Shown here: in pieces, positions 1-21,492 of the stretch | Position numbering within the stretch: the stretch's first letter is position 1 | Layout of the letters: every line of letters begins with the position of its first letter | Notes under the pieces: generated by a model | What the model saw: the letters and a program-made list of their open reading frames with translations, nothing else | Database searches by the model: none | What the model was told of the DNA's origin: nothing | NCBI RefSeq assembly: GCF_009914755.1 | Contig: NC_060947.1 | Source of the DNA: the human T2T-CHM13v2.0 reference genome, Homo sapiens | Reading direction: 5' to 3' (one strand) | DNA: 64,000 nt | Translations under genes and position numbers: made by a program

Positions 1-137
1 TCAGCTATTCAGGAGGCTGAGGTGGGAAAATCACCTGAGCCCGGGAAATCCAGGCTGCAGTAAGCTGTGATTGTGCCACTGTACTCCACCCTGGGAGTCA
101 GAGTGAGACCCTGCCTCAAAAAAATAAATAAATAAAT
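1..137 (+). mobile_element. Alu right-arm fragment (AluJ-like), cut by window edge
   Basis: GGAGGCTGAGG...CACTGTACTCCACCCTGGG...GAGACCCTGCCTCAAAA followed by an A-rich tail. Confidence 0.9.
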
Positions 138-299
138 AGTCTTATTACTATACAAATGAATTCAGTCCAATAAACTGAGGGATGGGTCACACACAGAAGA
201 TATAACCAGGTTCCCATGTTCTCTCAAATATCTAACCCATAGCTGAATGCTTAACTCAGCTGGTAGCAATTGCTTCCATTGGCTGAATAAGTTATTTTT

Positions 300-1398
<1,099 letters not shown>

Positions 1399-1399
1399 T

Positions 1400-5486
<4,087 letters not shown>

Positions 5487-5706
5487 CTATTTACTAGACT
5501 CTTAGCATAATTTTTAAGTTCATAACTATATTTATCAAATACTGCTTTTTGATAATGTTTGATCACCAAAACTTTTCATCATTTCCTATATAATTTTTGT
5601 ATCTTATACTTTGTTGTTTTTAAAAAAGGATTAGCAGTCCCAATATAAAAATACACTTAGGGTAAAGTTTTATTTGTTTGTTCGAATTAATAAGAGCAAA
5701 TACCTA

Positions 5707-6215
5707 GGCCTTGGGGCTGCCAGCAGGAGTGCCATGGTGAGAGGCACTGGCAGGGAATGCGGAAGGGAGCACTGGTCCCCAGCCCCAGGCCAAGAGCCTT
5801 GGTTTGCCCACTAGGATTGTTTTAAGAAAATGGCAGACAAACCAGACATAGGGGAAATCGCCAGCTTCAATAAGGCCAAGCTGAAGAAAACAGAGATGCA
5901 GGAGAACACCCTGCTGACCAAAGAGGCCATTGAGCAGGAGAAGCGGGTGAAATTTCCTAAGAGCCTGGAGGATTCCCTACCCCTGTCATCTTCGAGACCC
6001 CAGTAGTAATGTGGAGGAAGAATCACCACAAGATGGACACAAGCCACAAACTGTGACGTGAACCTGGGCACTCCGTGCTGATGCCACCAGCCTGAGGGTC
6101 CCTATGGGTCCAATCAGACTGCCAAATTCTCTGGTTTGCCCTGGGATATTATAGAAAATTATTTGCGTGAATAATGAAAACACAGCTCATGGCAAAAAAT
6201 AAAATAAAATAAAAA
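5707..6215 (+). pseudogene. TMSB10P: Thymosin beta-10 processed pseudogene (retrocopy), antisense within the host gene's intron 1
   Basis: ATG at 5830 reads [39 protein letters not shown]..., versus TMSB10 [44 protein letters not shown]. No intron in the CDS; TMSB10-like 3' UTR; A-rich tail at 6194-6215. Pseudogene number not assigned. Confidence 0.93.
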
Positions 6216-6988
6216 TGTACTAGTTAGTTGGGAAAAATTTAGTAATTCCCTCTGGGCTTCCTAGTAGATAAAAGCAAAAAGGAAAACACTTGGGTTATAT
6301 ACACACAAATTCAGAAAAAAAAAAGACAAACATTTCCCTAGGACTGAATACTAGGAAGAATCTGCGAAGATCCTGATGTAAAAGAATATTGACTAATTTA
6401 ATAGAAACTATCTTTGACTATAACTTGAGAAAAAATAAAACGTTCTATTGTCCCTCTTAAAATGCATTACACTGTAACTCACCTGTCTTTCAGTCACAAG
6501 GATGGAGATTATAGATGTAAAGGGAAGAGAAGAGTACTATAATCTATTGGTAAATGCTGGATAGCATCAACGGATTCTTAGTTGAATCCTCAGAGTGTCT
6601 CAAATAGAAAAATATGGTGGCAATAGATGCAGACAGCACAGCTCTTTCTGGGAAAAATTAGAAGCCTGAAGTTCTTTTAGAAACACATTTCCACAGTGGT
6701 AGTCTGCAAGGAAAACTGCAAAAAAGCTTATCTTTGCTTTCAATATACTTTGAACCTGCTTCAGCATTATAAGAAAGGCTCAAAAAAGACCCTCAAGTAA
6801 CTTGCCTTGATACATGGGAGAAAAATTTTTGGTTTTAAAAAAAGTTAAAAGCTTCAGGCTTTTGTTTTTGTTTTTGGCAACATAAAGAGTAGAAGTTGCT
6901 TCACTTAATGCATATTAGGAGCAATTCCACTGTGTGAAAAAACATTCAAATGTAAGTAAGCCTTAAAAAAAAAAAAAAGGTTAGGTTA

Positions 6989-7625
<637 letters not shown>

Positions 7626-8092
7626 TTAAAGTACTATTTAACAAACTAATGGGTCTATAATTCTAAGATTATAGGGCCTTTCCATTATTTGTTTATTTTC
7701 TGGGGTTTTTTGTTTGGAGAGTTTTTTTCTTTTTCTTTTCTCTTTTTTATTTTTTATTTTTTTCCTTTCGTGTGCCCCACCTCCCTTTTTTTTTTATTTT
7801 GTTTTGTTTTTAAGATAAGGTAAGCTACACCTTGAGTCTCTAAAGATCACTACCTGAAGAGTAGTGATCTTCAGTAAGGGTAAACATTTTGACAAGGACA
7901 GGAACTGAATAAATCTGACAGCAAGAAATATCCCAGGTTCCAGGTTCAGTTCAATTTCACTAGGGAAAAAAAAAAGAGAGAGAGAGAGAGATTTCCCAAG
8001 GCCTGTTTCAACTTTAGGCCATTGGTCAGATGTTATAAAATGAATACAACTGTAGAATTTCAACCTGAGAGAACATAAGAATCAATAAAATA

Positions 8093-8934
<842 letters not shown>

Positions 8935-9075
8935 TTATCAGTTACCAAGTTATTTTGATTCCTCAAGATCAGGAAGCTGGTAGTGAAAGAAAAATGATTC
9001 AAATCGAGGTTTGTCAAATGCCAAAAGACAAGGCTCCAATACACCGTATGTGCTTTGAAAGGGAGAAATAAGGAG

Positions 9076-9424
9076 TGATATGGTTTGGTGTCCCTACCCA
9101 AATCTCATCTTCAATTGTAGCTCTCATAATTCCCTCATGTTGTGGGAGGGAACCGGTGGGAGATAAATGAATCATGAGGGTGGTTTCTCCCACACTGTTC
9201 TCATGGTAGTGAATAAGTCTCAGGAGATCTGATGGTTTTATAAAGAGAAACGCCTTTCACCTGGCTCTCATTCTCTCATCTGCTGCCCTGTAAGACATGC
9301 CTTTCACCATGATTGTGAGGCCTCCCTAGCTAGGTAGAACTGTAAGTCCATTAAACCTCTTTTTCTTATAAATTGCCCAGTTTCAGGTATGTCTTTATCG
9401 GCAGCGTGAAAACAGACTAATACA
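9076..9424 (+). mobile_element. THE1-type MaLR solo LTR
   Basis: TGATATGGTTTGG...CCCAAATCTCATC start, ACAGACTAATACA end, 5-bp TSD AGGAG (9071-9075 and 9425-9429). Confidence 0.92.
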
Positions 9425-9549
9425 AGGAGATATTATAATATACCAGATACCCTAGACAAAACGGATCCATGAGGGCAGGAGAAAACAAAAGTTATGTTCC
9501 CAGAGATTCAATGATAATGGTGTTGGCAGTGGTGATACTACTACTCAGA

Positions 9550-9945
9550 TCTGTTACTTACTGAGCTCTTGCTATTAATGAATGCCTGGTACCCTACCCT
9601 AAGGCTTTTATATATGTATTTTTTCTTATCTAAAGCTTATTACAAGCCTGCATAGTAGATACTGTTATTAATGTCCATTAATGTTCATTTGAAAGTTAAG
9701 GATATTGAGGCTCAAAGACCTGCCCAAGATCACCCAGCTAGGTTTGAATCTAGGTTCATGAATGCTTAACCATTGTGCTAAAACTGCCTTTGTTGTGTTT
9801 AACTGTGTAAGTGCCTTTTCTCCCGTGCTAGACAATAAGCTCCTGGGGGCAGTATCACATCTCGTTCTTCTTTATATCCTTCAGAATAACGAGCACAGTG
9901 TCTATCACATACTAGGGTCCCCAAAATGTTTGCTGAATGAGTAAA
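9550..9945. mobile_element. MIR fragment followed by an L2 3' end
   Basis: TGAGGCTCAAAGACCTGCCCAAGATCACCCAGCTAG (MIR core-like); AAATGTTTGCTGAATGAGTAAA (L2 tail-like). Confidence 0.65.
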
Positions 9946-10014
9946 CTCTGCTGTGCTATAGGCTGCTTGTATCTAAACTATATAGAACCAGAATACTGTG
10001 GTTTTTAAAAACAA

Positions 10015-10682
10015 TTTTTTTTTTGAAACAGGGTCTCTCTGTCACCCAGGCTGGAGTGCAGTGGAGTGATCATAGCTCGCTACAACCTCAACCTCCCCGG
10101 GCTCAGGTGATCCTCCCACCTCACCCTCCCTAGTAGCTGGGACTACAGGCACACACCACCATACCTGGCTAATTTTTGTATTTTTTGTAGTGACAGAGTT
10201 TTTCCATGTTGCCCAGGCTGGTCTCAAACTCCTGGGCTCAATGAATCCTCTTGCCTCAGCCTCTCAAAGTGCTGGAATTAGAGGTGTAAGCCACCACACA
10301 TGGACTAAAACAATTTTTTGATAAAATTTTTCTTTTATTCTTTGTTTTGAGACAGGGTCTCACTCTGTTGCCCAGGCTGGAGTTCAGTGGCATAATCAGG
10401 GCTCACTGCAGCCTGACCTCCCGGCCTTAAGTGATTGTCCTGCCTCAGCACACCCCCTGCACACCCCCTACCCCCGACACACACACACACAAAGTAGCTG
10501 GGACTATAGGCATGTGCCAACAAGCTCAGCAACTAATTTTTTTTTTTTTTTTAATTTTAGTAGAGACGATGGCTCACTAAGTTGCCCATACTGGTCTCAA
10601 ACTCCTGAGCTCAAATGATCCTCCTGCCTCAGCCTCCCGAAGTGCCGGGATTACAGGCTCACGTAAGCCACGGCGCTCGGCC
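10015..10682 (-). mobile_element. Two tandem AluJ-like elements on the minus strand
   Basis: T-rich tails followed by GA(A/G)ACAGGGTCTC...GGCTGGAGT; the second carries a C/A-rich insert. Confidence 0.9.
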
Positions 10683-11766
10683 GAGATTTTTCTTTTGGCC
10701 ATCATTGTTGTTCTCTGTTCTTTCCTGCAATATCAAATCAGCTGTCTTAATTTACACACAAGTCTAAGTCAATGGGCCAAGGAGAAAATTCTGTGAGATC
10801 TGAGACAATCCCCCACCTCCAATATCTCTCTCTTTCCCAGAAGTTGATTGGCCTTTTTTTTTTACTCTGAATTTTATCTCTTTCTAGGATGTTCATGGTC
10901 TCAAAAAGTCAGGCTCCGTATGAGTTACCATTATAGAATTCAGTTTATAAATGCCAACTACATAACAGGTATAACTAAAACATGTGCTTTAAACCAATAT
11001 TCACCAAAAAAAGAAACAACAAGCCAAGTCCCTATTCACAAAATAATCTATTGAAAAAAATGTTTCATCATAGCCCCTTGAGTTTATCAACAGCATAAGA
11101 AGTTTCAAGGATAAGAGAGATTCACAAATACGTTTGCTGGTGTTTTAAAGAAAATGTTGGAATAAGTGACAGAAGTTATTATACATACACAATTTACCAG
11201 AGATTAATTAAATAGCACAGGTAGAAAGGGTTCTTTTCCTTTTAAAATCTATCTTGTTATAAAGACACTACTTTTAGACTTGAACAAACAAAAACGCTGT
11301 CCTTTATTGTGAAGGGGAAGGTCTGAGTTAACTGCATAAAATAACACCTTTATGTTTTTAACTTGTAAATAGTTTATTATTTTGTTTCAAGAAGTACTTC
11401 ACATTTATGCCTAAATGCAAAAAAAAATACTGATTTAATTAAAATACACTGTAGTTATGTATTTTTTCTTTGACCAAGAGAAGCTCTCTCTTTCAACTAA
11501 GATTTTGTTTCTGGTAATAGTGATTATCCTAATACAGGATAGAAAAAGTGTATATTCCATTGTATAACCATACATAATTTTGTGGAATTGAACATGAGTC
11601 ATCACATTAAGATTCCACAAGTATCTATTCAATTCACTCAAGTAAATAATCAAATGTCACATTTTCTGACATAGTTATAAAAGTAATCAGAAAAACACTA
11701 AATTCTAATACTGTAATTACATTTAAAACTAAAATTCTATCTCTGAATTAAGACTAATCAATATTA

Positions 11767-12373
<607 letters not shown>

Positions 12374-14105
12374 TCATCTCCATATTTCTGAAATCTGTAA
12401 AAAAAAATCAAAGAACATTTTTGGTAGCAATAATTTATCAAATCAAGCCTTCTTGAGGAAATTAAGGTTTCTAAAGGAGCAATTTTAAATTATGCTTTAG
12501 TAAAGAGTCCACCCCAACAAATTAGTAATTAATCTTTTTCTGTGTCAAAACAAACCTAAGAAGGCTTAACTATTTTCAAAAATTTCTAATTTAAGTTACC
12601 CCCCAAAAAACCTGTAAGTTAATCACTTGCAATTTCAAAATGATTTATGTGAAAGCTATGTATTTAGTGAAGAAGTATGTCATGTCAGAAAACAGATAAA
12701 CGAAAGATAAGTCAAGGGTTGCCAAAATCCCAGTTTATAGTTGTAAATTCCTGAGGTTTTAAAGCACAGCTACAGGCTAACTGCCCAAAGACCTGCTACC
12801 CACTGACTTTTGTGAAGGACTTGAGTTAATGGCAGGGCATGTCAATATACTACAGGCAGCTAATGGTGCAACTTTTTGACAAAAGAACTGGATCTGGTTA
12901 CAGGCTGTTCCTATTATCACTGCAGTCTAGATTTATGGTTTCTAACACCGGCCCTACAAGAAATAATGGAAATGATGACAACAACAATCCCCACTAGACA
13001 ACAGACTGCAGAAAAGCATGCAATAAACCACAATCTGAAGAAACCAGAAAACTAAACATCCTTGAAAATACCTCAAACATGAGGCAGGTGTCAGCAAATT
13101 ACCCATTCAAATATTTCTACAACTTCTCAAATTTCAACACAAAAAAAATCTCAAATCAGAGTCTCTAAAGTAATCTAAAACCAAACAATATCTAAATATA
13201 CTTACTATTGCCTACTATATATTAATTCTTTTAATGACCAAAGATGCCGTGTTTCATTTGAACAGATTTATGAAACTCTATCAAGTTAGTTAAAAATTAA
13301 TACTGACTATATTGCTTTTCAAATAACATTAAAGAGAAAAATACTCCAAATAACATTTTAAAAAATATTTCCAAAGAAAAAAAAGCAACAGTTCATAGCA
13401 AAGGGCACATGTTTCCAAATGTATTCAAAGAGGAAGAGAACTGAAAAGAAGAAACACATTTGATTCAGCATTTAAAAATAAATATATAATCAAACCTTAA
13501 ACCAGCTAAAACTGATGAAAGGTAGGAAAAGTGGCCAAATGTTAACCAAAAAAAACAAGCACTTTGTCAATACACTTAAAAAACTATGTCAAGGCTATAA
13601 GGTACATACCAAACAAATGGAGCTGTTTGTCTATAATTCGCCACCAGTTAATCTTTATGAGAAACAGAGGTTGCGAAAAATCAAATGTGTATTCTAAACA
13701 CAACCAAAGAGAGCCCCGCAAACTTTTCTCTGAGAAATGAAAGCATCTTCAAGGTATGCCCTAGAATTGTAATATATCTGTCCCTTCTGAAGTTTACAAC
13801 AGTACGTTACCACTAAAAGTGGGCACTCTCTTTCCCCTCTTAAAACAATTTGCTCCTATAAACTTAGGAAGAGGCAGAGCCATAGCCATAAACACAGGTC
13901 ACAAGTAGTAGGTAATCAAATGCTATCTTCAGTTTCCCAGGTCTTTACTCACAGCTTATTCTATAAGTTTTAACTCTTCAAATAAGGAATTCATGTAGTC
14001 TAGGTCAAATGATCATGATATTAAGATGAACAGCACCATCATATTCACTGCTACAGGATCCTCAAATATTTCACTTTTCACACAATAAGATATCTCCATT
14101 GCTTA

Positions 14106-15895
<1,790 letters not shown>

Positions 15896-18800
15896 CATCA
15901 CCAACATTTGCCATTTTCAAAATGTCCAGGTTTTTAGTTCCTGGAATCAACAATCAGTTCAAATTCTAAGGTATTATGTAGTAATTCTCAGACATTAATA
16001 ATGGTTCTAAAATTATTAGGGATGCTTGATTTGCCCACTGCAAACTACAAAACACCTTCTGGCAATGACAGACTAATCTTTGCACCACAGCTCATAGCTC
16101 TAAGGCTGATAGCTGGCAGAGCCCACTTTGTTCTTGTATATCCTAAAAATCAGGAATATGACTATGAGGAGACAGTGAGACCTACCCTCCCCACCCCGAG
16201 AGGGTAGCTAATAGAGAGGACCTCCGATTTCCATTCACAAGTGGAATGAGAATAGAGGGAGAAAAATGGCAGACAGAATAACCAGGCAAAAAAAAAAAAA
16301 AAGACTAGAGGTGACTAATAAGGCAAACAGCAGAGGATACTGCTGTATCCACCCGTGTTCCAGTTACTAGAGTTACAAAAGTCATTGCTATTAACCCCAA
16401 AAGAAAGGCAGTAAAATAGTCAAGTGAAACTTTTCTCTCGCACCCCCAAGAGCTCAAACTAAAATTGGGATTTGGCTCTTCCTTAAATGGAACAAGTGGC
16501 TACATCAAGTTAATTCAAAAGACTTGGTATTTACTCAGCCTTTTCAAGGCACTTTACCATCATTAATTATTTCTCAGTGAAGCAGCAAAGGATTACCCTG
16601 ACCATTTCACTGATGCGGAAACAGACACCAACAGCAAAGGGAACAGGGGCAGGAAGAGGGGTGATAGGAAGCATCTGGGAGGAACAGGCAGGCAGCTAAA
16701 AAGGAACAAGCCCAAAAGAAAATAAGAGTCACATCTGGCTTATAGCTGAGGATCATAACCCTTATTTGTTATTTCTGAGCTCAGAGATTTCTGCAACATT
16801 TTGAAAAAACAAAGTGCTTTAAAATACCAGTTAAAACTTAATTACAGCTTAAACTACTTAGTAATAGAAATTGCTTAGTATTAAAAAATACCCAATCTTC
16901 AGAGCACATATTGATTTCCATTTATACCAGCAACTCATTTTTCCCCTCAAGCTTAACCAGTATGTTATCTATTTGAACCAGAAAATAATCTCATGAAAAT
17001 ATATAGCTTTATATAATCCTAACCAAAAAATCACAAAGTTAATATCACGTAAGTCAGAAATAGTTTGCAGCTACACTCAGAATTTTGTTTGGAGAATTAT
17101 GACAAAAATACTGACTTCTCGAGTTCGCCCTTTGAATGAAAGGAATACTTGTTCTACATTCGTATTGATTTTTTTAGCTATAACTCCCTGAAATTTTCAG
17201 GAATAAACTATGGGTGGAAAGCCTTAAACACCCTGAAATTAGCACACGTAGTGGGCTCTGAATAAACTGAACTCCATAGTAAAGACAGCACAGGTGCTTA
17301 ATAAAGATGTGTTGATGGAATCATAAATCAAAAGGACTGATCAACCACCTCATGAGAAAAACTGATACACCTTTTTTAGACTGACTGTAATGATTTTTGA
17401 ACGTTATGACACTATCAACTTTAAAGCACCCGCACATATAATGCAGTAGAGTTACAGTAATCTTTTTTCCAACTACCAATTCCAAAGCAAATCAGGTTCT
17501 CTGGGGTAAACAAGTATACATCCTTAAGAAGTTCATATGGCTGCATGATGTATATATAAAGTTCATTCAAAACTTTCAAAGCCAGTTTAAATGGTGTTTT
17601 TTCTTTACATTCTATCAAACTGTTTTAAAGGTTATAGATAAAGCTAAACACAAGGCATCAGGTGAATACTCATAAACTCAATCTTTTCTCAAAAATCCCA
17701 CTGGATTCATTTCCAAAAGCTTATTTTCACATTCCTCCCATTAAATAGAAAAAAAAAAAAAAAACACACAAACAGCCTGAAAGCACATTCGTAATTGGAA
17801 ATATTTTATTTAATGAGTAATTAAGAAAAATAAAAGAAAGGCAAAATCGTCATTATTGAAAAACATTTCCCTCGCTGTTATTGAAAAGAATTAAATATGC
17901 GTTTATGAACCATTGTTATAAAACAATTGCTCATCATAGGCAGCTGTACTCCATAAATGTTGTACATCTTAAAATACTTTTCCCTCAAAACAGAAATATG
18001 AATAGCTCTGGGGGCATTAAAATGTAGCAGCATCTGAAGCTGTTTTAGGGAAAAAAACAACTATCTCCAATACTTTTGTAAATCATATGATCATAAGCAA
18101 CTTATTCACTTTCCCTGCCTCAGTTTACCCCCACTAATCGATCCATTAACTTTCCAGAGAAGACCTAAAGTAAGTCATAAACGTTAATCTCCTAATTTAC
18201 AAACAAGAAGCAAATTTCAAGTTGCAATCACACTTTGTGATGCTTGACAAATGTTTAACAACCTCTTTTTAAAAAATAAATAGTCTCAAATGGGAGCCTG
18301 TAAGTAAATACTTGTGCTGCCCAAACATTTGGGGTTTGGGGGAGCCGAATTACAAGTCGGCCCAGGAAGCTATCTATGTACAACCTTGAGGCGCAAAATC
18401 GAGCAAATTCGCCTAGACCCATTCTCCCTCCGGCTCTTCACACCTGGATGGGGCGCAAGCACGATACAGGTGGAAAAAGCGAGAAAGGTAAGAAACCATT
18501 TCGAGACTGTTTCTAAGTGACGGCAGCAACTTTTTTTCGGTCAGGCCGCGAGGCCGCCTCTCCGCCCCTCAGGAGGCTTAGAGCCCCTCCTCGCCTCCCC
18601 GCCAGCCCCGGACGGGACGCGCATTCCGGTCCCGCTGCACCGCTAGGGTGAGCCACCGGCGCCCCCAGCCCCCGCCAGGAGCCCGGCGGCGCGCACCTTG
18701 GCACCAGGATTTGCGCCCGCACGCCGCCACAGGCGCATCCTTCCGGGCCGACGTTTCCCTCCCAAACTCCAAAAGTTATCTCAGCCCAGACCAGGCAAAG

Positions 18801-19205
18801 TCTACCTCCTTCCTCCGCCCCGCCACCCACCGTGATGCCCCCCAGGCCCCAGCCCGGCCCTACCCACGGCAGGGAGGATGCGCCGGAGGGCGCTGTCGGC
18901 GCTGCAGGCGAGGGGACGGGTGGAAGCTATCGGCCGGGCGCCCAAACCCCGCGGCGGCGAAGAGGCCCCGGGGCGGCGTGAGGGGAAGCGCGAGAGCGGC
19001 TGAGGGGCGTCCGCGGAGGGCGCCGGGGGCGGGAGACCCGAGCGCGAGGCCGAGCTGAGATGGGACATAGGCGGGATCGTAAGGGGGCGTTCCTCGCACG
19101 GGACGCGCGCTGATGGCTTCTACCCGCCCGCCCACGGACAACGGTCGGGGTCCGGGAGACAGCTCCGCCTCTCCATTCCTTACGGGGCCCGGAATCACCA
19201 CGTAC

Positions 19206-19370
19206 CTCCAGTCTCGTCGGTGAAAACAACGAAATTCTGTCCCACCGATCGCGCGAGCCGGCACCGAGCTTCACACCGCCGCCGCCATGTTTGAGAAGCC
19301 GCGCGCGGAGCCGCGCATGCCCCGCAACCGCCACTGCCGCCCCGCCCCCCGCGCGGCCGGCCCGCGTGCC
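19206..19370 (-). other. Probable first exon (5' UTR) of a minus-strand gene; TSS approximate; intron 1 extends past base 1
   Basis: Minus strand reads ...CTTCTCAAACATGGCGGCGGCGGTGTGA...GAGACTGGAG|GTACGT, a strong donor. The retroelement strand bias over 1-16 kb fits a minus-strand intron. Identity not established: the layout (non-coding exon 1, long intron 1, >44 kb empty upstream) would fit e.g. TUT4/ZCCHC11, but that is unverified recollection. Confidence 0.7.
19281..19293 (-). promoter_or_regulatory. YY1-type motif CAAACATGGCGGC overlapping the uORF start
   Basis: Matches the YY1 consensus AANATGGCGGC, which is typical just downstream of a TSS. Confidence 0.7.
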
Positions 19371-20622
19371 CTGCGGTTGCCGCGAGCACGCCCTTTGACC
19401 GCCGCCGCGTGCGGGGCCCGAGCCGGGGTCAAGCCGAGCGCCACCGCAGGCAGTGGCGGACCATGAGACACTGTGAGCCCGGGAAAGCCCTTGGCACTTT
19501 GCCTCCTACCCCCCACGCCTACGCCAAATGAAAAACCAGTCGCAGCCCAAGCACCCGAGGCCGTGGGGAGCCCCTCGATGGGACCCCGGGTTCCACGTCA
19601 AGTTCCATCCCGGGAACTCGCTCCCCTTCACTGTCGCCTTCGAATCCTGGCCACCACCCACCCTGGCCACGCACCCAAAAAGCAGGCGCTTCCCTCGGAA
19701 CTCAAGCAAGTTCGAGGAGCAGGGAGAAGCAGCTGGTTACAGCAGCTTGAGGAAAGCCACTGCTTGGCGGGTTGCAGCATAGTCCTTGAAACTGCTTTTT
19801 TTTTTTTTTTCCATGAGTTTTTGCCACGCATTCACCTCCCAGCTTCACTCTCTGGATTTCGTTCTTCCTCTAAACCCGGGGTTGAGCTAACGGGAACTAG
19901 ATGAACCCGCAGGGGGAAATCACTTGCTTACTGACTCAGGAGCATCCCCGAGAGTGCGTTTTGGGGTCCCTTCTGCACGCTCCCTTTCCCACCGGGCAAG
20001 GCCCATAGCGCAAGTGGAGGTCGCACAAAGGAGGGGGCGTAAAAACAGCTTTAAAACGACCAGTGAATCTCTCAGCACAAATTACAGCAAACAGAACGCC
20101 GGAGAAAAACATCTGTCCCTCGTTCTCAGGTTAGGTATAAGCTGATTTCAAACTTTTGTTTGAAAAATAATACAATGTGCTATGTTAGCCAAAAACAAAC
20201 CATTGCTAGGGCTTCTCTCTCTGGAACTCTTTCCAAAGCTGGATGTAGGTTTTGCATCTGTGATCACCTAACTTAGTGCAGAGGGCATGATATACTTTTT
20301 AAATCATGATTTGGAAATCAGAGCTTAAAACTGAGAACAAAAAACTCCTGTGGAATATATCCATTGTCTACAACGCAGGATAGAATTTTCCAGTTGCAGC
20401 TTCTGCAGTATTAAGCAAAAGTCAAAGTGTTTATTATATCTAAACATTGGCAAGTGGCACAGAATCAAATGGATCTATTATTTAATGCTTTAAAAATGAA
20501 AACCTAAATGTTAATGCCAAATTCAAGTAAACTTTAAGGCGAAAATAGAAAGACTAGGTTGATGATATGCAAATATTAAAGTGAGATTTGGTCCTATCAA
20601 TTCTATAATGTATATCACATAG

Positions 20623-20952
<330 letters not shown>

Positions 20953-20979
20953 AAACATGTTTTCAAAAGCCAGAAAGAG

Positions 20980-21331
<352 letters not shown>

Positions 21332-21471
21332 CTAAACAAACCTTATTATGGGCACCAGCAGGGCTGAGGAGGACATAAATTCTTAATTAGTGGCCACTGT
21401 CCTTCTAATCCCAATGCAATGGAAATATTTGAAATTCATCTCTACATTCTATGTATGAAAGATTTATTTGG

Positions 21472-21492
21472 GACTCCATCTCAAAAAAAAAA
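21472..21492 (+). mobile_element. Extremely 5'-truncated Alu (about 11 nt plus poly(A))
   Basis: GACTCCATCTC + A10 between direct repeats GAAAGATTTA(C)TTTGG. Confidence 0.7.

Larger units (their letters stand above)
18340..20110. promoter_or_regulatory. CpG island / housekeeping-type promoter
   Basis: Abrupt switch to very GC- and CpG-rich sequence, with GC boxes (CCGCCC), an NRF1-like GCGCATGC at 19313-19320 and a YY1-like motif. Confidence 0.92.

Noticed and set aside
18484-18495. Plus-strand donor-like AAG|GTAAGA near the CpG island edge (possible antisense transcript)
   Set aside because: A single motif with no supporting acceptor or start signal.
18513-19904. Overlapping Arg/Gly/Pro/Ala-rich ORFs on both strands
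   Set aside because: Expected from the scarcity of stop codons in a CpG island; no coherent protein.
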